A stretch of 64,000 nucleotides of DNA from Candidatus Latescibacterota bacterium (GTDB lineage Bacteria; Latescibacterota; UBA2968), in assembly GCA_965205975.1 (NCBI GenBank), contig OZ242195.1:3232001-3296000 (forward strand), read 5' to 3'. Within the stretch, counting starts at the first letter, position 1. Each line of letters begins with the position of its first letter. The translations under genes were made by a program, and so were the position numbers. The notes beneath the pieces were generated by a model. It did no database searches, was not told the DNA's origin, and worked only from the letters and a program-made list of their open reading frames with translations. This document shows, one piece after another, positions 1 to 8,487 of this stretch.

Positions 1-883
1 CGTACAGCCGACCAATCTGACTGTCGATCATCGACACCCGCGCATAATAATAGCGCACCGCCATCGCCCAATCTTCCCACGTCAAATTTTCCTTATCCCA
101 GTGAATCTTCAAATGATGCGGACCGGGAATCTCCCGCGAAGGCCACTCGTAATTTCCCCACGGCGGAATCTCCACATCCCGATACCAGTCCAGAAACTCA
201 CCCGTCGCGTGATACGGCCCGTGCGGACCCCAAAAATTCAAACTGATAAAATACGGCAACTCGCGCTCTCGAAACGACCTGCTCATCTCAATCACATTAT
301 CCACCAGATACGCCGGTACCGTCGCCTCCGTTGGCACAGTCAACTCACCAACCCCATTGCGGACCCTCGTAGTCGCCTCAGCCCAGGGCTTCACGCCTGG
401 CTCATACCCCTTTGCCCGCGCCCATGCCCGATAATCCGAATAACTCGAACCAGCCCCGCCGTGCCCGGCAAAATCCTGCCCTTCATACCCGATACGCGAA
501 GGCGAAGACGGCCTATTCGACCCCTGAAATGTCTGCGTCTTCTCAGAACCGAGATGCCACTTTCCCGTATATCCCGTCCCATACCCCACCGCTTGCAAAC
601 GCCGCGACAACAGTTCGGGCCGATCCTCCAACTCGTGAACACTACACCCCACCTCGTGGATATTTGACGTAATCCCATGGGTATGCGGATACACGCCCGT
701 TTGCAGCGTCCCCCGCGCCGGACTACACACCGGATAAACCGTATAAGCATTCTCAAACAAAATGCCCTCTGCCGCAAGGCGATCAATATTCGGCGTGCGA
801 CAAGGCGTCTCGCCATAAGCCCCCACGCCCGACAGCCGGTGTTGGTCAGTCAGAATAAAAATAATATTGGGTCTATCAGTCAT
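1..883 (-). CDS. Sulfatase (Cys-type), 3' part runs off the window start
   Basis: Absent from the ORF track. Hand translation from ATG 883 gives MTDRPNIIFILTDQHR...YPVCSPARGTLQTG...GYTGKWHLG, containing the CxPxR formylglycine motif; GGAG RBS upstream. Confidence 0.9.
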   Translation of the reverse strand, partial: MTDRPNIIFILTDQHRLSGVGAYGETPCRTPNIDRLAAEGILFENAYTVYPVCSPARGTLQTGVYPHTHGITSNIHEVGCSVHELEDRPELLSRRLQAVGYGTGYTGKWHLGSEKTQTFQGSNRPSSPSRIGYEGQDFAGHGGAGSSYSDYRAWARAKGYEPGVKPWAEATTRVRNGVGELTVPTEATVPAYLVDNVIEMSRSFRERELPYFISLNFWGPHGPYHATGEFLDWYRDVEIPPWGNYEWPSREIPGPHHLKIHWDKENLTWEDWAMAVRYYYARVSMIDSQIGRLY

Positions 884-930
884 ACACTCGCTCCACTTGA
901 CCTATAATCATTGAATGGTTATCGTTTAAT

Positions 931-1203
931 ATGAAAAATTGCTCAGAAATAGGAGGTCATAAGACCGTGAACATTTTTGAAACCAACTGGTATCGAAACA
1001 TCAAATCCAAAATCATTCCTGGTGACAACCTCAGAATCTATCGCCAAAATCACAACATGACCCAGGCGGAATTGGGTCAAAAATTGGGCACTATACCCCG
1101 TCAGCATATTTCCAATATGGAACGAGGCATCCGGACAATCAGTTTAAAAAACGCCCGCAAATTAGCCGACGTTTTCGGTGTATCTCCCGAGAAATTCATC
1201 TGA
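931..1203 (+). CDS. XRE-family HTH protein (antitoxin-like)
   Basis: MTQAELGQKLG...QHISNMERG HTH_3 pattern. GTG 967 after AGGAGG is an alternative start. Confidence 0.8.
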   Translation: MKNCSEIGGHKTVNIFETNWYRNIKSKIIPGDNLRIYRQNHNMTQAELGQKLGTIPRQHISNMERGIRTISLKNARKLADVFGVSPEKFI

Positions 1204-1243
1204 TTAGCGGCCCAGTTTCAGTGCATTCAACCCAATAAATACT

Positions 1244-1576
1244 ATGACACATAAAGGATATGCTGCTCGTATTGAATACAGCGACGAAGACCATTGCTTT
1301 ATTGGTCACATAGCGGGCATCAACGATATCGTGGGTTTTCACGGCGATTCGGTTGCACAACTGCGTACTGCATTTGAAGAAGCTGTAGAGGATTATCTCG
1401 AAACCTGCGAAAAATTAAATCGCCCTCCACAAAAACCCTATTCTGGAAATCTGATGTTGCGCCTTCCCCCAGAAGTCCACGCAGCAATTGCCACAGCTGC
1501 TGAAGTCAGTGGCAAAAGCATCAACCAATGGACAACCGATACACTCGCCGATATCCTGCAGACACAATCATCTTAA
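1244..1576 (+). CDS. hicB: HicB-family antitoxin
   Basis: KGYAARIEYS...FHGDSV..L...FEEAVEDYL...KPYSGNLMLRLPPEVH (partial RNase H fold plus RHH). Confidence 0.85.
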   Translation: MTHKGYAARIEYSDEDHCFIGHIAGINDIVGFHGDSVAQLRTAFEEAVEDYLETCEKLNRPPQKPYSGNLMLRLPPEVHAAIATAAEVSGKSINQWTTDTLADILQTQSS

Positions 1577-2427
1577 GCCGCCACGGCTTTCTCACCCAAA
1601 TGCGCCTCAATCCACGCCTTCAACGGCACATCCTCGGGTTTGGGTGACGTATATCCAAAACCACCTGAAGGACTCGCCCCCAACAACTGCCTGCGAATGG
1701 GATCGCTGCGCTCCATAAAATGATCCACCGTCATATTGTCGCGGGGTCGCAACCAGCGGTAGCTATAGCCGTAAAACAGCGTACGCCTGGGCGAATTCCA
1801 ATAATTGGTACTGCTCGAATGCCAGATACGCCGATCAAAAATAACCGCACTACCTTTCGGCACACACACCTGCATACCGCCCTCGGGCATCTCCGAGCGA
1901 CTTTCGCCCGGAAACACATTGCCCAGATGCGAACCGGGAACCACAACAAAATTCCCTCGACCAGGCTCTGATGCATCCGTCAAAAAGAACGCCACCTTCA
2001 GCGAAATCCTCGGGCGCGGATTCGTCTCAATATCGAGATTGAGACGACCGCTATCCTGGTGAAACCCAAGCCCCGGTCCATCTTTCTCAAGCGACTTTCC
2101 AGGACCAACAGGAGGTGTCACAATCATGTGAGAATGATAAAGCTGAATATTCCAATTCAGCAACCCCCATACCTTTGGAAAAGTCTTATACCAATCGAGC
2201 AATTCCAAAAACAAATCATCCTGCCCGATAAAATCCAGCATATTCGACCGCTGATCTGGCCCCATGCCCTCTCGCTCTCGATACGCGCCATCCACGCGAT
2301 CTACAACCGGCACCAACTCATCCACCAGATCCTCTGGCAACACGCTCTCAAGAATAAAAAACCCATCGCGTTCAAACTTCAACCGCTCCTCTTCGGTCAC
2401 GCAATAATCCAGACATCTCGCGTCCAT
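1573..2427 (-). CDS. Phytanoyl-CoA dioxygenase (PhyH) family protein
   Basis: FERDGF N-terminus, FHQD (HxD), VVPGSH, distal WH. Confidence 0.9.
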   Translation of the reverse strand: MDARCLDYCVTEEERLKFERDGFFILESVLPEDLVDELVPVVDRVDGAYREREGMGPDQRSNMLDFIGQDDLFLELLDWYKTFPKVWGLLNWNIQLYHSHMIVTPPVGPGKSLEKDGPGLGFHQDSGRLNLDIETNPRPRISLKVAFFLTDASEPGRGNFVVVPGSHLGNVFPGESRSEMPEGGMQVCVPKGSAVIFDRRIWHSSSTNYWNSPRRTLFYGYSYRWLRPRDNMTVDHFMERSDPIRRQLLGASPSGGFGYTSPKPEDVPLKAWIEAHLGEKAVAA

Positions 2428-2510
2428 AACAATCCTCTTTTCAAAACTCCGTGTGAGTGGAAAACCCCTCTCCCGATTCCATCACCAGAATACTACACCT
2501 GCGCATCAAC

Positions 2511-3401
2511 TCATACAACCTCCTCTTCAAGCGCTGCCAAACGCGCCTTTTGCTCCACCAGCATGCGCTCTCGCTCGCGCCGAAACTCCGTGTAATACCG
2601 CTCTCGCTTGCCCGTAATGCGGTAATCCAATCGCTCGACACCCAGTGCCCGCAGCACCACCCTCTCCACCAGTGAAAAATCATCGGGATCCTCGCGATTG
2701 AAATTCATCTGCTCTTTAAATGCAACCGGCGGATTCGTAATAAAACGCGGACGCCCCGAAGGATTTGGCGCGGCAGAATGCAACATATACGGATGAATCA
2801 GATACACATCACCCGCATTACCCGTCGCCTCGACAAATTCCTCACATCCCTCAATCATCTTCCCAAACGAACCCGGTTCCAGCCCCTCGGGATGATCGTA
2901 CAAAAACCGCGCAACTTTGGGAACCGAATCCGGCGCGAGATACGTACCGCCGCTATTGGGCAACACATCATCCCACACAACCACCGTCAACAAACCCTGC
3001 TCTGGACTATCCAGAAAATGCCGGAAAAAATTCCCATCCTTGTGCCATCCCCCGTGCTTTGCCGACGGAACCCATGGATCATCGGCATCTTTGTGAAAAT
3101 TAATAATAAACCCATCCCCCCACGAAGGCTCACCCTCAATGCGCTCTGCCCCGCCCATCACATCGCATATCCCATCCCATGCTTTTGGCGCGAGATCGGC
3201 AACTGCCCGTCGGTTCATCGACGGCATGTGAATGCGGTCTTCGACCCAGGTCGTGGGATCATCCCTGTCATACCCCAAACGCAGATACGCCAGATCGAGC
3301 CAATCCTGAATCTCCGCCTTCTCAAAACACCCCTCTAACTTCACATATCCCTTCTCCACAAAATGCGCTGCCTGCGCGTCTGTCAATACCTTGAACGCCA
3401 C
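2511..3401 (-). CDS. PhyH-family dioxygenase
   Basis: FVEKGY, WHKDG, GGT, GDVYLIHPYMLH. Confidence 0.88.
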   Translation of the reverse strand: MAFKVLTDAQAAHFVEKGYVKLEGCFEKAEIQDWLDLAYLRLGYDRDDPTTWVEDRIHMPSMNRRAVADLAPKAWDGICDVMGGAERIEGEPSWGDGFIINFHKDADDPWVPSAKHGGWHKDGNFFRHFLDSPEQGLLTVVVWDDVLPNSGGTYLAPDSVPKVARFLYDHPEGLEPGSFGKMIEGCEEFVEATGNAGDVYLIHPYMLHSAAPNPSGRPRFITNPPVAFKEQMNFNREDPDDFSLVERVVLRALGVERLDYRITGKRERYYTEFRRERERMLVEQKARLAALEEEVV

Positions 3402-3439
3402 AACAACCTCCTGTGCAAAATCCTAATTTTGGGCAGGTT

Positions 3440-3467
3440 GAACTGCTACGCAGTTGTACATCGCTCG
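3440..3467. repeat. Family-4 mini-hairpin repeat (GAACTG...CAGTTGTAC)
   Basis: gaactgctacgcagttgtacatcgctcg; related copies at 8391, 13639 and 26703. Confidence 0.6.
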
Positions 3468-3477
3468 AAACCCGCCC

Positions 3478-4398
3478 CTACTGAACCTTCAAATGCTTAA
3501 AAAAGAACGCCAGCATCGCCTGATTCACATTCCCCGGCGGTGGCGACCCCATCTTCGGCAAATACATCTCCACCTCAACACCCGCTTCATCGCACCGTTC
3601 TTTGATCGCAATTGCATGTTTGGGATGATGAACATAATGACCGCGATTTTGGGGCACCCCACCCCTTTGACTACAAAACAAAAACACAGGAGGGTCATCT
3701 TTTGTAATCAACCCGCGCATATCCACATCCGCCCGAATCTGTTTGCCCTTTTCGGTCTCCGCTTCATCAAATGTAGCCAGGCCGTAAAACGACACATTCC
3801 TGGAATAAAATTTCTCAGCAGGCAAACCGAGCACAGACTCCCATTGAAATATATCATAGGAAAACTGACCATTGCGAGACCCCGCCGCCACAATGCGCGA
3901 AGACTGGCGAAGCACGGGATCTTCACTATCGGGATCGGCCAGATCATCGTGAAAAGCCAGCCAAATCGAAGTCCCCGCACCGGCAGAGCCACCATAAGAA
4001 GCGATGCGTTTGGGATCGACGTGCCACGCTTCGGCATTGTATCTGATAAACTGCACCGCACGCGCCGCATCGCGCAAAATATCCTGTATGGGTGCGGCGG
4101 ATCTGAACCTGTAATTAATCGCCGCAAATGAAACGCCCTTTTCCAAACACGCTTCGACAATCACATTGCCGCGAACACTCCTTTTGTCGCCATTGACAAA
4201 CCCACCCCCGTGAATAAAAATCAAAACAGGTGCTGGTACATCCGACTCGGCCCTCCAAAAATCCAGCACATTGCGCTCATAAGGTCCATACGCCACATTC
4301 TCCAGCGTGGGCGGCGTCCCTTTTCTCTCAGCCTCCTGAGCATATACACCTGTTGCCCCGAGTAAAATAAAGCATAAAATCCATCTCCCAACGCGCAT
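3478..4398 (-). CDS. Secreted alpha/beta hydrolase (HSL/BD-FAE-like esterase)
   Basis: Signal peptide, IHGGGF oxyanion motif, GGSAG nucleophile elbow. Confidence 0.88.
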   Translation of the reverse strand: MRVGRWILCFILLGATGVYAQEAERKGTPPTLENVAYGPYERNVLDFWRAESDVPAPVLIFIHGGGFVNGDKRSVRGNVIVEACLEKGVSFAAINYRFRSAAPIQDILRDAARAVQFIRYNAEAWHVDPKRIASYGGSAGAGTSIWLAFHDDLADPDSEDPVLRQSSRIVAAGSRNGQFSYDIFQWESVLGLPAEKFYSRNVSFYGLATFDEAETEKGKQIRADVDMRGLITKDDPPVFLFCSQRGGVPQNRGHYVHHPKHAIAIKERCDEAGVEVEMYLPKMGSPPPGNVNQAMLAFFFKHLKVQ

Positions 4399-4525
4399 TG
4401 CTTCCTCCTGTTCTTAATATCCAGCGATCAACTTCACCCCTACCCCAGTGGATTACTGGCGTTGTGCCTTCGGCGTGGCGGCTTACAACATGCCGCAATG
4501 ACGGTCTTCCTTTCCGCTTCATCCT

Positions 4526-5266
4526 TCACACTTCCCAATATTCCCACATATCATCCGGCGTCTCAAATTGCAACAGATCCCAATTTTTTGTGCTCATGCG
4601 ACTCACCAGAGCCATCCGTATCTGATCGCTGCAATTCGACGTACCGCTGTGAACCATATACCCGTGCCAGATACACGCAGTCCCGGCTCGCCCGACCAGC
4701 TCAACAGGTTCATTCAGATCAAAAATGCGGGTCATATCCCGCTCGACAATACCGCCGGGATGATGCATATTGAGACCCAGCAGGGAATGCGACTTGAAAA
4801 ATTCTGCAACAGTCTTATGACTACCGGGCCACAGTGTAAAACCGCCGCCACGCGGAGCCACATCACTCAGATAAACCGTCACCCCAATCGTGAACCCCAC
4901 GGTTGCACGCTCGCTCTTATTATATCCATCCAGATGTGGCAACTTGATCGCCCACTCATCACTGCCACTCGGATACACCAGAATCGTCGAAGGATCTGCA
5001 TCATCGCTCAAATCGCCAGCCAGTTCCCTGCACATCGCAAACAAATCCGTTTCGTAAAGCGTTGCGCGAATCGCCGGATGATCCCCACAATCTGGACTTC
5101 GCGGCCCAGCATCCACCCATGTCTGCGGATCATCGCGATCAGCTTCAATATAATGCCAAAGCGTATCAACCGCCTCTTGAATTTGACCCTCACGCAACAT
5201 ATTGTGTCGAATGAGATAGCCATTTTCCACAAAAAAAGCTTTATCCTCAACCGTCAACAGTGACAT
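4526..5266 (-). CDS. PhyH-family dioxygenase
   Basis: Start reassigned to MSLLTVEDKAFFVENGY because the track start overlaps the sulfatase. Motifs PHLDG, LWPGSH, WHGYMVH. Confidence 0.85.
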   Translation of the reverse strand: MSLLTVEDKAFFVENGYLIRHNMLREGQIQEAVDTLWHYIEADRDDPQTWVDAGPRSPDCGDHPAIRATLYETDLFAMCRELAGDLSDDADPSTILVYPSGSDEWAIKLPHLDGYNKSERATVGFTIGVTVYLSDVAPRGGGFTLWPGSHKTVAEFFKSHSLLGLNMHHPGGIVERDMTRIFDLNEPVELVGRAGTACIWHGYMVHSGTSNCSDQIRMALVSRMSTKNWDLLQFETPDDMWEYWEV

Positions 5267-5290
5267 ACCAACCCCTTCCGGAGATTCACA

Positions 5291-6610
5291 ATGCCCAAAC
5301 AACCCAACATCCTCTTTTCCATGTGCGACGACCAGCGACACGACTGCATGGGATGTGCGGGACATCCCTTCATCGACACACCTGCTATGGACCGCCTCGC
5401 CCGTGAAGGCATCCGCTTTGCCAACGGCTTCACCGCCATACCCCTTTGCGCGCCCAGCCGAGCCAGCCATCTTTCCGGTGTTTATCCTCACACCCATCAG
5501 GCAGCACACAACCGCGCACCGATTCGCTCCGACCTCGCAACCTGGCCCGAGCAATTACAAAAAGCCGGATATCGCACGGGCTTCTTTGGAAAAATACACT
5601 ACGGAACCGAAGGCATTGACCTGCCCGGCGGCGACCCCAAACCCGGCTTTGAGCGCTGGGTCAGCTTTCGCGGGCAGGGAGACTACGAAGACCCCATCTT
5701 TATCATCGACGGTGAAGAAGTCAAACACCGGGGATACAACACCGACCTCCTCGCCGACTACGTCGAGCAATTTCTCGACCAGGACGACGACCGCCCCTGG
5801 GCAATCTGCCTGTGGTACAAAGCCCCTCATGGCCCCTTCACCCCACCGCCGCGTCACGCCCATGCCTATTCCGACGACGAACTGCCCAAACCCAATGCCC
5901 TGGGCGCATCTCGCGATGGCAAAGCCAGAACCCTTCGCGAACGTCCTCACAGCTTCGAAGACAACGAACGCTACGACACCTTTATGCGCAACTACGTACG
6001 CACCGTGCGCGGCGTCGATGATGCCCTGGGCCGGGTGCTCGACAAAATTGATGCCATTGGACAAACCAACAACACACTCGTCGTACACACCAGCGACCAC
6101 GGCTACTTCCACGGCGAATTTGGCCTCGGCGACAAACGCTGGATGTATGACCCATCCATCCGCGTGCCCTATCTCATGCGCTATCCCGACCTCATCGCCA
6201 ACCCCGGGCGCGTAGAACACACCGACGCAATCAGCCTCGACATCCCGGCAACCATCATGGACGTATCTGGACTGGGCGTACCCGATCACTACCACGGCCA
6301 CTCCCTGCGACCACGCCTGACCGACGAAGGAGAATTACCTCGAGAAGACCTCTTCTTCGAATACTTCGAAGACCCGCCCTATCCCTATTTCCCAACAATG
6401 GTCTGCTTGAGAACCCAAACCGAAAAACTCATCCACTACATCCGCGAAGGCGAAGGCGACGAATATTACGATCTCGTCAACGACCCCGATGAATACACCA
6501 ACGCCATCGCCGACCCCGCTTATGCCCATCGCGTGGCCGACATGCAAAAACGGCTTTCAGACGCCCGGGAACGCTTTGCATTCACCGTTCCAGACCTGTC
6601 GGGCTACTAA
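5291..6610 (+). CDS. Sulfatase (Cys-type)
   Basis: PNILFSMCDDQR, LCAPSRAS, GKIH, TSDHG, DKR. Confidence 0.93.
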   Translation: MPKQPNILFSMCDDQRHDCMGCAGHPFIDTPAMDRLAREGIRFANGFTAIPLCAPSRASHLSGVYPHTHQAAHNRAPIRSDLATWPEQLQKAGYRTGFFGKIHYGTEGIDLPGGDPKPGFERWVSFRGQGDYEDPIFIIDGEEVKHRGYNTDLLADYVEQFLDQDDDRPWAICLWYKAPHGPFTPPPRHAHAYSDDELPKPNALGASRDGKARTLRERPHSFEDNERYDTFMRNYVRTVRGVDDALGRVLDKIDAIGQTNNTLVVHTSDHGYFHGEFGLGDKRWMYDPSIRVPYLMRYPDLIANPGRVEHTDAISLDIPATIMDVSGLGVPDHYHGHSLRPRLTDEGELPREDLFFEYFEDPPYPYFPTMVCLRTQTEKLIHYIREGEGDEYYDLVNDPDEYTNAIADPAYAHRVADMQKRLSDARERFAFTVPDLSGY

Positions 6611-6630
6611 GCGAATTAAGTTAAAAGCAA

Positions 6631-6659
6631 CCACAGATGAACACAGATGAACACAGAGT
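6631..6659. repeat. 10-bp tandem repeat (ACACAGATGA)
   Basis: ccacagatgaacacagatgaacacagagt; degenerate copy at about 24901-24928. Confidence 0.6.
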
Positions 6660-6735
6660 AAAAAACTAACATGTAGCGATCAGCTTTCAGCTTTTAGCTC
6701 CCCACTCAACACACCACAACCCAAAAGGAACACCC

Positions 6736-8256
6736 ATGATCGACCCCCCCAACCTCCTGCTCATCACAACAGACACCCAGCGCTGGGACACCCTCAACTG
6801 CATGGGCAGTCCCTTTGCACATTCCCCCCATGCAGATCGCCTCGCGGCCGAAGGCGTCCTGTTCACACAGGGACACACGCCCTCACCGGTATGCAACCCC
6901 TCGCGCAGCAGCCTCATCACCGGCCTGCACACCCCCATACACGGCGTATGGGAAAACGGCATGACCCGCCTCACCCACTTCCCAACCCTGCCCGACCTCC
7001 TCAAAGAACAGGGCTACACCAACATCATGGTCGGCAAACAACACTTTGGACAAACCCCCGACACCTTCGACATCATCATCGGCCAAGACGACTACAGAGA
7101 ATACATCCCAAATTATGGATTCACTCCCCAGGACTGCCACAAACAACCCACACCCGTACCCGAAGAACACTTCCTCGACACCTTTTTCGCCAAACAAACC
7201 ATCGAACAAATCGACCAGGTCGTCAAGCGCGATTCGGGTCCCTTTTTCGCCTTCTGCTCATTCCCCGCGCCGCATCCACCCGAATGTCCCCCGGGCGACT
7301 GGCTCACCTTTTACGACAACTGCGACAACCTGCCCGACCTCAATTACACCCACCGCGAAGAACAAAATCAGCCCACACACACCAAACGCCTGCTCGGCAT
7401 CAAACCCGAAAACGAATGCCATCCGGGCGAAGACCCAAACACCATCACATACTGGCGAGAAGCCATTGGCCGCATCTACGACCCGCAATACCGCGACACC
7501 ATCATGGAACTGCGAAAAATCTATTATGCATACGCCGCGTACTGCGACGCCTTGCTCGGCCGCATCCTGAACTACCTCGACCAGAATAACCTCCGGGAAA
7601 ACACCCTGATCATCTTCACGTCCGATCACGGACAACAATTCTTCGACCACGGCTTTAACGACAAACACAACTTCTACGATGAATCCTGGCGCGTCCCCTT
7701 TATCATGAGCCTGCCAGGCACCTTTCCGCAAGGAGAAACGCGAGACTTCGCCATCTGGAACGACATCACCACCACCCTCCTCGCGGCTGCCGGTACCGAA
7801 TGCCCCACCATGCAGGGCTTCGACCTCTTCACCCCACTCACCAGAGGCGAACAATCCCCTCGCCGCTGTGCCGTCGCCACCCTCTACAAATCCTGCGCCG
7901 TCGCCACCAAACGCTGGAAACTCGATTACTTTTTTGAAGAAGACGAAGGCCGTCTATTTGACCGCATCAACGACCCCCAGGAACAAAACGACCTCTACGA
8001 CCATCCAGACCATCTCGAAATCCGCAACGAACTGCGCCACGCCCTCTTATCCTGGCGCGGCGACATCGCCGACCTCAAAACAGTGCTGGAAGGCACAACA
8101 AAAAACAGGGGACCAAACGCCCGGGGATACACCATCGTAGCCCCTCGCATTGCCCCACACACCCATCAAATGCGCGGCACCGATGCCGAACAGCGCCTGA
8201 ATGAAAAATGTGAACGGATAGACGAGAAAAGCGCGAATAGACGAATAGACGAATAG
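6736..8256 (+). CDS. Sulfatase (Cys-type)
   Basis: PNLLLITTDTQR, VCNPSRSS, GKQH, TSDHG, DKH. The stop codon lies inside the 8-bp tandem array. Confidence 0.92.
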   Translation: MIDPPNLLLITTDTQRWDTLNCMGSPFAHSPHADRLAAEGVLFTQGHTPSPVCNPSRSSLITGLHTPIHGVWENGMTRLTHFPTLPDLLKEQGYTNIMVGKQHFGQTPDTFDIIIGQDDYREYIPNYGFTPQDCHKQPTPVPEEHFLDTFFAKQTIEQIDQVVKRDSGPFFAFCSFPAPHPPECPPGDWLTFYDNCDNLPDLNYTHREEQNQPTHTKRLLGIKPENECHPGEDPNTITYWREAIGRIYDPQYRDTIMELRKIYYAYAAYCDALLGRILNYLDQNNLRENTLIIFTSDHGQQFFDHGFNDKHNFYDESWRVPFIMSLPGTFPQGETRDFAIWNDITTTLLAAAGTECPTMQGFDLFTPLTRGEQSPRRCAVATLYKSCAVATKRWKLDYFFEEDEGRLFDRINDPQEQNDLYDHPDHLEIRNELRHALLSWRGDIADLKTVLEGTTKNRGPNARGYTIVAPRIAPHTHQMRGTDAEQRLNEKCERIDEKSANRRIDE

Positions 8257-8285
8257 ACGAATAGACGAATAGACGAATAGACGAA
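8235..8285. repeat. 8-bp tandem array (GAATAGAC) x6
   Basis: Counted directly; followed by GAACCCCGCCCAACCACC. Confidence 0.95.
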
Positions 8286-8308
8286 CCCCGCCCAACCACC
8301 TAAAACCT

Positions 8309-8340
8309 CTGGATTGCGGCTAAAACCATGCCGCAATGAC
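8309..8340. repeat. Family-2 palindromic repeat (CTGGATYGCGGC...TGCCGCRATGAC)
   Basis: Same-orientation copies at 23751, 48616, 53255, 54227 and 54421; interrupted copy near 4448. Confidence 0.85.
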
Positions 8341-8390
8341 GACTTTCATGTATACATTACCTGCTTCATTTGATTCGTTGACTCGTTGAT

Positions 8391-8420
8391 GAACTGCTGG
8401 CGCAGTTGTACCCCGTTCCG
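8391..8420. repeat. Family-4 mini-hairpin repeat
   Basis: gaactgctggcgcagttgtaccccgttccg, embedded in degenerate GATTCGTT 8-mers. Confidence 0.7.
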
Positions 8421-8429
8421 TTGAAACGC

Positions 8430-8465
8430 AAAAGACTCGGGCGCCTTTCCGCACCCGAGTCTTTT
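8430..8465. terminator. Bidirectional intrinsic terminator
   Basis: AAAAGACTCGGGCGC-loop-GCACCCGAGTCTTTT between convergent genes. Confidence 0.8.
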
Positions 8466-8487
8466 CACTTGAAACCAGCGCATCTAT

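Noticed and set aside
101..816. Track ORFs 101-667, 391-816 and similar overlapping ORFs throughout the window
   Set aside because: Shadow frames of well-supported genes (here the sulfatase); no motifs or RBS.
8235..8285. Tandem arrays as CRISPR
   Set aside because: 8-bp units without spacers; no cas genes in the window.
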